Sequence record: SRR31156797_613
Length of the DNA: 44,709 nt
Reading direction: 5' to 3' (one strand)
The notes below the pieces were generated by a model. That model ran no database searches, was not told where the DNA came from, and was given only the letters and a program-made list of their open reading frames with translations. Positions 28,601-37,903 of this stretch are shown here, piece by piece (position 1 is the first letter of the stretch; each line of letters begins with the position of its first letter). A program made the position numbers and the translations under genes.

Positions 28601-29648
28601 GAGATTTGAATTAGCCAAGAACTACACAATCAGCAGAGTGATAAATGGCTGCTGGCAGTTATCAAAAGGACATGCTCTAAAAAACAAGCTGGACATGAAA
28701 GATATTATGTATGCGTTTCATTCATTAGTAGAAAAGGGATTTACTACCTTTGACTGTGCTGATATTTATACTGGTGCAGAGGATTTTTTGGGAGACTTTG
28801 TTAAGCAGTTAAAAAAGAGTTCTACATTTAGCGATGATAGTATTCAAATTCATACGAAATATGTCCCGGATATAAGCTTATTAAGCGAAATGGATTATTC
28901 ATACACTGAGAAGATAATAGACCGAAGTTTAAAAAGACTAAACCGTGATGTTTTGGACTTAGTGCAGTTTCATTGGTGGGATTATAATGTAAAGGGCTGT
29001 ATAAATACTGCTGGTTATCTTCAAAAACTAAAAGACAAAGGGAAAATCAGAAATATAGCTGTCACTAATTTTGATACGGTACATTTATCCCAACTAGTAG
29101 ATGCAGGAATAGAAATAGTTTCCTGCCAAACCCAGTACTCACTGCTTGACAGGAGACCCGAGAAAAAATTTATAGATTACTGTAAGACCAAAGGAATTAC
29201 ACAGCTTTGCTATGGTACAATTGCCGGAGGTTTTTTAGCAGAGAAATGGATTGGGAAATCCTTACCGTCATCATTAGATAACCGTTCTCTAGTTAAATAC
29301 CGTTTAATTATAGAGGAATCAATGGGATGGGATGCATATCAGAAATTACTTAACTTATTAAAAAGTATTGCCGATAAGTATAACGTTCAGATTGCTCAGA
29401 TTGCTACAAAATATATTTTGGACAAAGAAGGTGTCGGAGCTACAATTATTGGAACTAGGAATAGTAAGCATGTTGATTCCAATCAAATAATATTTTCATT
29501 CCAATTATCTCCCGAAGATACTAAGAAAATTGACAATTTTATAAAAGCATTTCCTATTCTTTCTGGAGAACCTTTTGAGTTGGAGAGAACGATTGGGTCT
29601 AAGTTTAGAAATACTATGAAAATGAATATTAATGAAATGGAAAACTAA
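28593..29648 (+). CDS. Aldo/keto reductase
   Basis: GCWQL, FDCADIYTGAE, IHTK, SLKRL..D.LDLVQFHWW, VTNF and QYSLLDRR motifs. Start at ATG 28593. Confidence 0.9.
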   Translation: MVERFELAKNYTISRVINGCWQLSKGHALKNKLDMKDIMYAFHSLVEKGFTTFDCADIYTGAEDFLGDFVKQLKKSSTFSDDSIQIHTKYVPDISLLSEMDYSYTEKIIDRSLKRLNRDVLDLVQFHWWDYNVKGCINTAGYLQKLKDKGKIRNIAVTNFDTVHLSQLVDAGIEIVSCQTQYSLLDRRPEKKFIDYCKTKGITQLCYGTIAGGFLAEKWIGKSLPSSLDNRSLVKYRLIIEESMGWDAYQKLLNLLKSIADKYNVQIAQIATKYILDKEGVGATIIGTRNSKHVDSNQIIFSFQLSPEDTKKIDNFIKAFPILSGEPFELERTIGSKFRNTMKMNINEMEN

Positions 29649-29694
29649 TATATCTAGGAGACTGTAGCAAAATCTATACAAATGTTATGTTAAA

Positions 29695-30660
29695 CTATTT
29701 AGTGTCTCTTGATTCAATAGATTTCCCATACACTTGCATCAATATACCGTGCTCATAATCACCAAAGCGATCACCGAAAAGGTTTAATCCTCCGTAATAT
29801 CTTGCGTCAGGTTTTACTCCTATGCAGAAGCTAATATCGCTTTGTTCTCCTATTTCAAGTGATGAAATTGTATCGTTACTTACAATTTTGGAGTCAATAA
29901 CACATCCTTTTTCTGTGATTGCTATGTGATGCAGCTCACCATACTGTGTAGCATTTTCCGGCCACCAACTGGGATTCAGCCTACCTCTTCTCTCTCCATG
30001 GTCTCCGTGACACTCAATAATCCCGATTTCTTTGTCATTTATCCATAAGCTGACATCTGACCGCCAGCTTTCATTATATCCTAATATTTCTGAACACATT
30101 TCCAGTATAAACTCCACCCGTTCCACCTGACTATCTATAATTTTGAAAGCCTTTGTAGAAAACTTGTATTCTAAGTATCCCTGTGTAAGCCAAATAATTT
30201 GCGCAGATATTCTTTCTGATGAAGAAAATCCGTCTGTATCATCAATGGAAGAGATATAACCTTTTTCGGATGCGATACCGCAAGGTACGGCTACCTGATA
30301 GTTAAAAAAGTTCCCAATCGGAATATCCTGCTTAAATATCAGTTCTGTAGAATTAGGCTTTAGGAGTCCTTTTAGTATTTCTATTTCTATACCATTAATT
30401 ATTACACCACATAGCTTTTGCGATCCTCGAGAACCCGGAAGAGGAGTAATTGTAATAAGCCCAGCTTTTTCCAGCAAGCGAACATGCATTGTCATTGTTG
30501 ACAGAGGAATATCAAGTGCAGAAGCAAGTTCAGATATAATAGCCGGCTGTTCTGCCATGTAATGTAAAATCTTTAGCCGAGATTTAGACGATAGAGCTTT
30601 GCACACAAGAGAAGTTTTTTCAATATCATCTAGCCCTAGCTTCATCAATGGATTTTCCAT
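29695..30660 (-). CDS. ArsR-like HTH regulator with a large C-terminal putative sugar-binding domain (COG4189-like)
   Basis: KALSS.SRLKIL, ELASALDIPLST...HV..LE.AGLI, G.RGSQKLC, PCGIA, GD.G.RRG.LNP.WW, TQYG and GG.NLFG..FGDY. Confidence 0.8.
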   Translation of the reverse strand: MENPLMKLGLDDIEKTSLVCKALSSKSRLKILHYMAEQPAIISELASALDIPLSTMTMHVRLLEKAGLITITPLPGSRGSQKLCGVIINGIEIEILKGLLKPNSTELIFKQDIPIGNFFNYQVAVPCGIASEKGYISSIDDTDGFSSSERISAQIIWLTQGYLEYKFSTKAFKIIDSQVERVEFILEMCSEILGYNESWRSDVSLWINDKEIGIIECHGDHGERRGRLNPSWWPENATQYGELHHIAITEKGCVIDSKIVSNDTISSLEIGEQSDISFCIGVKPDARYYGGLNLFGDRFGDYEHGILMQVYGKSIESRDTK

Positions 30661-30693
30661 TATTTTTACACCTCTTTTGAATATTACAATACG

Positions 30694-30791
30694 ATTATAA
30701 CAGTATTTCTGAAGTAATCAAGCTATTTTGTGCTATTTCTACAATATTGTTGACAAATTATCGTCACTTTGCTATTATTTATTCAGAAATA
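30694..30791. promoter_or_regulatory. Divergent promoters with a repeated TTCAGAAATA element
   Basis: Plus: TTGACA (30750-30755), 17 bp spacer ending TGn, TATTAT (30773-30778). Minus: TTGATT, 16 bp spacer ending TGn, TATAAT (30721-30694). TTCAGAAATA occurs at 30782-30791 (+) and 30713-30704 (-). Confidence 0.6.
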
Positions 30792-30833
30792 ATAGACAAA
30801 TCCAAACTTTTTACAATCAAATAGGAGGCTAGC

Positions 30834-32186
30834 ATGAAGAGCGAATATGATGTTCTAGTTGTTGGCGGATGTTCTGCTGGATTATATTTTGCAGAGCAGA
30901 TGGCAATCCAAGGTTATAAAGTACTGCTTGTAGAGCAAGATGACGAATCATCCCTTGGAAAGCGCTATGATATCTTTCATTTAGAGAAGAAAACTTTTAC
31001 CGAGTTTGATATGGCTGTTCCTCAAGAAAGCGATTTGGAATATGTCACCACATTTAATAAAATAGTTTCACGTTCAGCAAAGGATAGATATCCCAAAGAA
31101 ATAACAAACGAAATCATCGTTATGCATAGGCATGAATTTCTGGACAAAATGAAATCTTCTGCATTGTCAAAAGGCGTTGAAATTCTGCATAATGCTAAGT
31201 TTATATCTCCGATTTTTGATAAAAACAGACATCTGATGGGCGGAAAAGTTAATCATAATGGAAAAAACCTAAATATCCAAGCTCGCTTAACAGTTGATGC
31301 TTCAGGTATTCCATCAGTTGTACGGACTTCATTGCCAAAAGGGTATGGGGTTGAGAATTTCAAAATTACTGAAAAAGATAAGTTTTTTGTTGTTTTGTAT
31401 TATGTAAAGCTTAATACTCCTGACAAAGACCGACTGAATGGAAGCTGCGGATGGCCCTATTATAAGACATGGATTGCTCCCCAACACGATAGAGATGGTG
31501 CAATATTAGGCGTAGGTGCAAATCTTTCCTATAATTATGCAGAAAAATGTTTTGAAGAATTTACAAAGATAGCAAAGCTTCCGAAGCATAAATTAATGTA
31601 TGTGGAAAAGGGCTGCACCCCTTATAGAAAACCTCCATATAGTTTCGTAGCTGACGGCTTTATTGCTTTGGGAGACGCAGCATGCATAACAAATCCATGG
31701 AATGGAGAAGGAATGACTGCGGCATGGATTCATGCAAGAATTGCAGCCAAAGTTGCAGGCAATTCTCTTAAAAACAATGAAATCGTGTCAAAAGAAGCAC
31801 TTTGGGAGATTAATAAAATATATAATAGCAGCCAGGGGGCAGAGTTTGCTCAAAATCTAGCTCTTCTTCCTGCCGTAGTTGAATGCACTCCCGAGGAGAA
31901 TGATTACCAATTTGAAAAAAGCATTATATTCAAAGGTGATAATGATAAACAGGATGGAAATATTATAGTTGATATTTTAAAAGGTGTTGCAGCTGGCAAA
32001 ATAAAGCTTACTACTTTTATCAATATTATAAATGCAGCAAATATCGGCAAGAAATTATTAAAGCATTATCACAATTATCCTGAAAATAGTACAGGTTTTA
32101 ATAAATGGGTAAAACAAGCTGACAAGCTATGGAAAAAGACAAAGAACATGGCTGAGCTAGCAGAAAAAGACCCATTATCACAATAA
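30834..32186 (+). CDS. FAD-dependent oxidoreductase, geranylgeranyl-reductase/FixC-like
   Basis: YDVLVVGGCSAG, VDASG, Y..WIAP, ILGVG and ALGDAAC..NPWNGEG motifs. Confidence 0.78.
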   Translation: MKSEYDVLVVGGCSAGLYFAEQMAIQGYKVLLVEQDDESSLGKRYDIFHLEKKTFTEFDMAVPQESDLEYVTTFNKIVSRSAKDRYPKEITNEIIVMHRHEFLDKMKSSALSKGVEILHNAKFISPIFDKNRHLMGGKVNHNGKNLNIQARLTVDASGIPSVVRTSLPKGYGVENFKITEKDKFFVVLYYVKLNTPDKDRLNGSCGWPYYKTWIAPQHDRDGAILGVGANLSYNYAEKCFEEFTKIAKLPKHKLMYVEKGCTPYRKPPYSFVADGFIALGDAACITNPWNGEGMTAAWIHARIAAKVAGNSLKNNEIVSKEALWEINKIYNSSQGAEFAQNLALLPAVVECTPEENDYQFEKSIIFKGDNDKQDGNIIVDILKGVAAGKIKLTTFINIINAANIGKKLLKHYHNYPENSTGFNKWVKQADKLWKKTKNMAELAEKDPLSQ

Positions 32187-32289
32187 ATTTAAAGAAGAAT
32201 AAAAGATGTTATCAGACATTTTAATGTACTATTTGCAAATGTCTTGAATTGAGATAAGGAGCATCTGATGACACATTTGGGAGGTAAGT

Positions 32290-33645
32290 ATGGACAATAA
32301 GATGAGCGTTACGCAAAAAGGGAGATTCTGGACATTAGTTTGGGGTCTTGGACTTGCAGGTCAGCTTTGCTGGAACATCGAGAACCAATGGTTCAATACA
32401 TTTGTGTATGCAAAAATCGCAAAGAACTCAACAATTGTTACCGTCATGGTTATAACAAGTGCACTGGTAACTACATTTGCTACGTTCTTTTTCGGAACAC
32501 TATCGGACAGAAAGGGAACTAGAAGGAAATTCATTTCGATGGGCTATATCCTCTGGGGTATTTGCACAATACTGTTTGGGATGACAGAGATGATAAGCAA
32601 AGGCTCAGTAGGAAACGTCAGCAAGGTAAGCGTACTTGCAGCTGTACTTGTAATATTAGCTGATGATATTATGAGCTTCTTTGGCTCAATAGGTAATGAC
32701 GCAGGCTATAATGCATGGAGCAACGATATGACTACTGATAAAAACCGAGGGCAGATTGGTGCAGCTTTGGCAACCCAGCCTGTTATCGGAACAATAATAG
32801 GAACAGTTCTTGGAGGGATGTTAATTGGCAGCAATGACAATTATCAACGTCTATTCTGGACTATGGGTATTTTCGTAATTACAGTAGGATTACTTTCTTT
32901 GTTTACGCTTAAGGATTCACCACAGCTAAAACCACATAAGGAAGGGACATTCTGGCAGCAGTTTTCTAGTGTATTCAATTTTAAAAAATTCTTTAAAAGA
33001 AAAGAATTGGTTATGGTATGTGTAACTACTACAGTATACTTTATCTCTTTCAATGTGTACTTTGTTCAGATGGGAAACTGGATGATATATCACCTCGGTT
33101 TTGATGCTGCAAACATGGGATTGATACAGGGAATAGGTCTGATAACTGCAATGCTGGTATCCATACCTGCAATTAGTATAATTAATAGAAATAAAACTCC
33201 ACTTGTTGCCATTGCTGCAATTATAGTAGATATTGTGGGTTTGTGGACATTATATTTGTTTGTAAAGCCTGGTACAGTAGATTCATCTACAGCATTTTCT
33301 TCCCAAAACCTCGTTATGCTGCTGGCAGTTTTTATGGCAGGAGCAGGATATATTCTGATTATTCAATCAATGACAATGTGGCTCAAGCAGCTTTATCCTG
33401 AAGACAGTAGAGGTCAATTCGAGGGAATCAGGGTTTTATTCTTTACTCTCATACCAATGATTATAGGTACAACTATTGGCAACTTTATAATTAAAAATGG
33501 TGCTGGAACTATAGTAAACGAATATGGCATAACAGAGAATATACCAACTGAGTCCATGTTTATGTGGGCAGCAATTCTGGTACTATTTGCATTTATACCG
33601 CTTTATACTGCCAGCAAACAATACTTTAGAAGAGTGAATAAGTAG
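32290..33645 (+). CDS. MFS transporter
   Basis: About 12 TM segments, with motif A GTLSDRKGTRR and a second PEDSRGQF motif. Confidence 0.88.
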   Translation: MDNKMSVTQKGRFWTLVWGLGLAGQLCWNIENQWFNTFVYAKIAKNSTIVTVMVITSALVTTFATFFFGTLSDRKGTRRKFISMGYILWGICTILFGMTEMISKGSVGNVSKVSVLAAVLVILADDIMSFFGSIGNDAGYNAWSNDMTTDKNRGQIGAALATQPVIGTIIGTVLGGMLIGSNDNYQRLFWTMGIFVITVGLLSLFTLKDSPQLKPHKEGTFWQQFSSVFNFKKFFKRKELVMVCVTTTVYFISFNVYFVQMGNWMIYHLGFDAANMGLIQGIGLITAMLVSIPAISIINRNKTPLVAIAAIIVDIVGLWTLYLFVKPGTVDSSTAFSSQNLVMLLAVFMAGAGYILIIQSMTMWLKQLYPEDSRGQFEGIRVLFFTLIPMIIGTTIGNFIIKNGAGTIVNEYGITENIPTESMFMWAAILVLFAFIPLYTASKQYFRRVNK

Positions 33646-33660
33646 ATACAGAGGTTAATT

Positions 33661-34677
33661 ATGCAAAATGAAATAAAAAAAATGAATACATTATTAGATG
33701 AAAATGGTTCAATTATAAATCCTGGCTATGCCAAAAAAATGCTGTATGATTACAATAGAGAAAATATAAAAGCTAATGCTCTTAGGATTAAAGAATGGGA
33801 TTTTTATCAGATTATAATGGGCGATTATGTGCTCAAAATGACTATAGGTAATATCTCGTATGTTGCCGAATTTTCCGCAGAATTATTTAATGTAGTAACT
33901 AAAGAAAAGCTCTCCTTTTCTCGTATGAAATTCCTCCCCTTTGGCAGCATTAAGCTTCCTTTAAGTCCTGAACCATCAAGCCATCTACAGGTAAAAGGTA
34001 AAGACTTTGATATTAGCTTTACTGTAGAGAACACAAAAAGAATACTGAAGCTGACAGCTACAGACAGCGAAATCGGAAATATAGAAGTTGATGTCGAAAT
34101 TAACAATGATACAGCCAATGAAAAAATGATTATAGCAACACCCTTTGATAAGGATAAATGCTTTTACCTAAACTGTAAGGAAAACTATTTTAGCGGCAAG
34201 GGCACTATTACCTTTGGCGACAGAACTGTAAATGTAGATGAAAACAGCACAGCAGTCCTTGACTGGGGCAGAGGTGTGTGGCCATTTGCACAGGAATGGT
34301 TCTGGGGCAATGGAACTGCATTTATTGATGGTAATAAATTCGGGTTCAATATTGGCTGGGGATTTGGTGACCTGGATAAGGCAACTGAGAATATGTTTTT
34401 CTGGAATGGTAAGGCTATAAAGCTAGGCAAACTTCACACCGAAGTAGATACCAGTGATTATATGAAGCCTTGGAAATTCAGAGATGAAGATGGTAAATTC
34501 CAAATGGAAATGACACCAGTCTACGATAAAGTCGCAGATACAAAGATTGGCTTTATTCAAATGTACTGTCATCAGCTGTTTGGATATTATAACGGCTTTG
34601 TTATATTGCCGGATGGCCAGAAGGTGGAAATAAAGGATATGCTTGCATTTTGTGAACATGCAAATAACAGGTGGTAG
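33661..34677 (+). CDS. DUF2804-like protein
   Basis: LLD..G....PGYA, RIKEWDFY, LDWGRGVW...WFWG, FGFNIG.GFGD...ATEN, HQLFG and C-terminal N.W. Confidence 0.8.
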   Translation: MQNEIKKMNTLLDENGSIINPGYAKKMLYDYNRENIKANALRIKEWDFYQIIMGDYVLKMTIGNISYVAEFSAELFNVVTKEKLSFSRMKFLPFGSIKLPLSPEPSSHLQVKGKDFDISFTVENTKRILKLTATDSEIGNIEVDVEINNDTANEKMIIATPFDKDKCFYLNCKENYFSGKGTITFGDRTVNVDENSTAVLDWGRGVWPFAQEWFWGNGTAFIDGNKFGFNIGWGFGDLDKATENMFFWNGKAIKLGKLHTEVDTSDYMKPWKFRDEDGKFQMEMTPVYDKVADTKIGFIQMYCHQLFGYYNGFVILPDGQKVEIKDMLAFCEHANNRW

Positions 34678-34679
34678 AT

Positions 34680-36494
34680 ATGAAAAGCAAATGGAGAATA
34701 GCAGGAGATACAATAGTAACACAGTGGGCAGATGATGTTAATCCCGAAAATCCATTACCAGAATACCCTAGACCTCAGATGGTACGAGAGAAATGGCAAA
34801 ATTTAAATGGGCTATGGGAATATGCAGTAACTAGTATTGATAGTGAAAAACCAGATAATTACCAAGGGAATATCCTTGTCCCATTTTGCATTGAATCTGC
34901 ACTATCTGGTGTATGTAAGCCTTTACTACCAACAGATAAACTATGGTATAGAAGGTTTATTAAATTACCTAATGATTATAAAGACTGCAGGATTATACTT
35001 CACTTTGGTGCAGTTGACTGGAAAACCGAAGTATTTGTAAATAATAATTACGTAAGCAGTCATATAGGCGGTTATACTCCATTTTGCTTTGATATTACAG
35101 ATTATCTAAAAGACGAACAAAACGAACTTGTCATATCAGTTATCGACCCAACCGACAGCCATTGGCAGCAAAAAGGCAAGCAAGTGCTCAATCCTGCAAC
35201 AATGTACTATACCGCTACATCAGGCATATGGCAGACAGTATGGTTGGAGCCAGTGAAAGATGTTTACATCAAAAATATCAAGTTGACTCCTGATGTAGAT
35301 AACAGCAATCTTAGAGTAGAAATTGATTCTAGCGCAACAGATGGCATTTCAATTAACGCTTGTGTTATATCAGATGGAGTAGAAATAGTTTCAGTAGAAA
35401 GTGAAAAATTGAATTTTAATGTCCATATACCTAACCCCAAATTATGGAGTCCTGATAATCCTCATTTGTACGACTTAAAAATAAATATATCTAAAGGCAA
35501 AAAAATAGTTGACACTATAACTAGCTACTTTGGTATGAGAAAATTCAGCATTATTAGGGATAACAACAACATAAAGAGATTTGCTTTAAACAATGAGATA
35601 CTGTTCCTAAACGGTCCTTTAGATCAGGGATATTGGCCTGACGGAATATATACTGCTCCAACTGATAAAGCATTAAAATCCGATATAGAAATGACAAAAA
35701 AAGCAGGCTTTAATATGACTAGAAAGCATATAAAGATAGAGCCTGCCAGATGGTACTATTGGTGTGACAAATTAGGTTTAGTTGTATGGCAGGATATGGT
35801 TAACGGCGGCAAGATGAATGTAAATCTTACAAAGATGCGTTTAATGGTACTATTCCAAAAGACTCACTATGGTAAATTATTTGCCAGCGATACATCTAAA
35901 TCCTCATATAAGAGAAGTTGGCGGGAAGATAAAGAATCAAGAGATGATTTTGAACGAGAACTAAAGGACTGTATTGATACGCTCTACAATGTACCAAGCA
36001 TCGGGGTGTGGGTGCTTTTTAACGAGTCTTGGGGGCAATACGATGCAGTAAGGCTGACAAAATGGCTTAAAGAATATGACACAACAAGATTGGTTGACCA
36101 TGCCAGCGGATGGATAGATCAGGGTGTTGGTGATTTCCATAGCAATCATATTTATGTTAGGAAAATGACTACACCAAGATGGGATAAAGACAGAGCACTA
36201 GTTATATCCGAATATGGCGGATTTAAGCTGAAAGTGGATGAGCATATCTGGAGTACTGATGAGTATGGTTACCGCAGTACATATAATTCCGACGATGATT
36301 TTATTTCTGCTTATACATCACTAATTAAAAATGAAGTCCTTGCAATGAAAAAAGATGGCGTTTGTGCTGTAATATATACACAGTTAACAGATGTAGAAAT
36401 AGAGATAAATGGACTATTTACTTATGATAGAAAAGTATGCAAGATTCCAATAGATAAGCTTTATGAAATAAATACTTTGTTGATCGATGATTAA
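34680..36494 (+). CDS. GH2 glycoside hydrolase (beta-galactosidase/galactofuranosidase-like, short form)
   Basis: PEYPRPQMVR, LHFGAVD, SGIWQTVWLE, GPLDQGYWPDG, RKHIK, FNESWGQ (acid/base) and SEYGG (nucleophile). Start at ATG 34680 after AGGTGG. Confidence 0.9.
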   Translation: MKSKWRIAGDTIVTQWADDVNPENPLPEYPRPQMVREKWQNLNGLWEYAVTSIDSEKPDNYQGNILVPFCIESALSGVCKPLLPTDKLWYRRFIKLPNDYKDCRIILHFGAVDWKTEVFVNNNYVSSHIGGYTPFCFDITDYLKDEQNELVISVIDPTDSHWQQKGKQVLNPATMYYTATSGIWQTVWLEPVKDVYIKNIKLTPDVDNSNLRVEIDSSATDGISINACVISDGVEIVSVESEKLNFNVHIPNPKLWSPDNPHLYDLKINISKGKKIVDTITSYFGMRKFSIIRDNNNIKRFALNNEILFLNGPLDQGYWPDGIYTAPTDKALKSDIEMTKKAGFNMTRKHIKIEPARWYYWCDKLGLVVWQDMVNGGKMNVNLTKMRLMVLFQKTHYGKLFASDTSKSSYKRSWREDKESRDDFERELKDCIDTLYNVPSIGVWVLFNESWGQYDAVRLTKWLKEYDTTRLVDHASGWIDQGVGDFHSNHIYVRKMTTPRWDKDRALVISEYGGFKLKVDEHIWSTDEYGYRSTYNSDDDFISAYTSLIKNEVLAMKKDGVCAVIYTQLTDVEIEINGLFTYDRKVCKIPIDKLYEINTLLIDD

Positions 36495-36499
36495 ACATA

Positions 36500-36525
36500 G
36501 AATAAGAGTTAATTCATATTAACTC
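36500..36525. terminator. Hairpin between the convergent GH2 and cupin genes
   Basis: GAGTTAAT-TCAT-ATTAACTC (36506-36525). Confidence 0.45.
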
Positions 36526-36597
36526 CTACCCTAAACGATCTATGCATAGTATTATTATGGATTTTGAATCAAAACTATACCACATCAAGCTAAATAC

Positions 36598-36933
36598 TCA
36601 TTCTATAAAATCATCTCGTTGAGGAGTGAATATGTCTAATAACACACCTTCTTTTAAGCATACTGTTCCATGTGGTATATTGGGCTGTTTATAAGTTGTA
36701 TCACCCTTTTTAATAATTACCTTTTCCCCATCAACATTAAATTCAAATTCACCTGATAAAACATAGGTTATCTGCTCATGAGGATGGGTATGTACAGCAC
36801 CGATAGCTCCCTTATCAAAATGAACCTCAACACACATCAGATTTTCACTATGTGCCAAAACTCTCCTTTTGATGCCATCGCCGACAACTTCAAGTTCACT
36901 GTCGTTTTTCATAAAAAAGTTCTTTATATTCAT
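36598..36933 (-). CDS. kdgF: Cupin, KdgF-like (linearises 4,5-unsaturated uronates)
   Basis: RRVLAH...LM.VEV.F..GA.G..HTHPHEQ.TYV.SG.F.F, PHG..CL..G.LLDIFTP.R.DF. Start placed at ATG 36933 by RBS spacing; 36939 is possible. Confidence 0.72.
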   Translation of the reverse strand: MNIKNFFMKNDSELEVVGDGIKRRVLAHSENLMCVEVHFDKGAIGAVHTHPHEQITYVLSGEFEFNVDGEKVIIKKGDTTYKQPNIPHGTVCLKEGVLLDIFTPQRDDFIE

Positions 36934-36962
36934 TTTCATTTTCTCCTTTAATTCTAAATATA

Positions 36963-37901
36963 TTATGTTTCGTTCTTTATGTTTTTCTTGTTATAATTAA
37001 CGAGGACAATACCAATAGTCAGCAATATCAAACTTAGTATAACGCTTATTGTTATTGTACTTTCAACAAATAATATGCTTGAAATGATTGACCCGAAAAC
37101 AGGTATCAGAAATACAAATATCGTGATACTGGAAGGTTGATATTTTGACAGCAGTCTATACCATATTACAAATACAACTGCTGATATCAAGCCTAAATAT
37201 ACTAATAGAATAGTTGCAAGTGATGTGAAATTCAGGCTATATCCTTTTGTTCCAGTTAATCCTATAGCAAGAAGAATTGAAGCACCAATAAAAAACTGAT
37301 ATATATTCAAAGGAAGGAAGTGAACACACTTCATAATCTTCTTGCCAAATATTACTGCATAAGCATACGCCAATGATGCCAGAAACAGCATACCTTCTCC
37401 CCTAAAGCTCATTGAAAGAGAGAATTGTCCGCTGGTAAATTCATCGATATTAGCTAGTATAATCCCTAGGAAACCAAAGAATAATCCTGCTAATTTTTTT
37501 ACATTTATCCTATCATCTGTCTTTAGAAAATGAGCTAATAAAACCACCAGTAATGGCTTCAAACTATCCAATAAAGTCGCTTTTATTGCTGCTGTATTAA
37601 TTACTCCAGTATAAAAACATAAATACTGAAGTGTAGTATTTACTATACCGAAGATAACTACACTCACAATAATATTTGGTTTTATTCTAGGAAGCGCCTT
37701 ATTCTTTATAATAAAGTAGATAAACAAAATTACAGCCGATATCATAAATCTCATGCCTGCAAAAAGTATCCTTTGGTAAACATCACCACTGGATAAATTA
37801 AGCTCAGAATAGCTAATCTTAAGCACAGGTATGGCTGTACTCCATATTAAACAGCAGAGCACAGCCTGAAACACTTTACTTTTTTTTGAGTTAACATTCA
37901 T
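36963..37901 (-). CDS. DMT/EamA-family membrane transporter
   Basis: Ten hydrophobic segments in two repeats, with CCLIWSTA, FAGMRF and FLIPVFG motifs. Confidence 0.85.
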   Translation of the reverse strand: MNVNSKKSKVFQAVLCCLIWSTAIPVLKISYSELNLSSGDVYQRILFAGMRFMISAVILFIYFIIKNKALPRIKPNIIVSVVIFGIVNTTLQYLCFYTGVINTAAIKATLLDSLKPLLVVLLAHFLKTDDRINVKKLAGLFFGFLGIILANIDEFTSGQFSLSMSFRGEGMLFLASLAYAYAVIFGKKIMKCVHFLPLNIYQFFIGASILLAIGLTGTKGYSLNFTSLATILLVYLGLISAVVFVIWYRLLSKYQPSSITIFVFLIPVFGSIISSILFVESTITISVILSLILLTIGIVLVNYNKKNIKNET

Positions 37902-37903
37902 AA

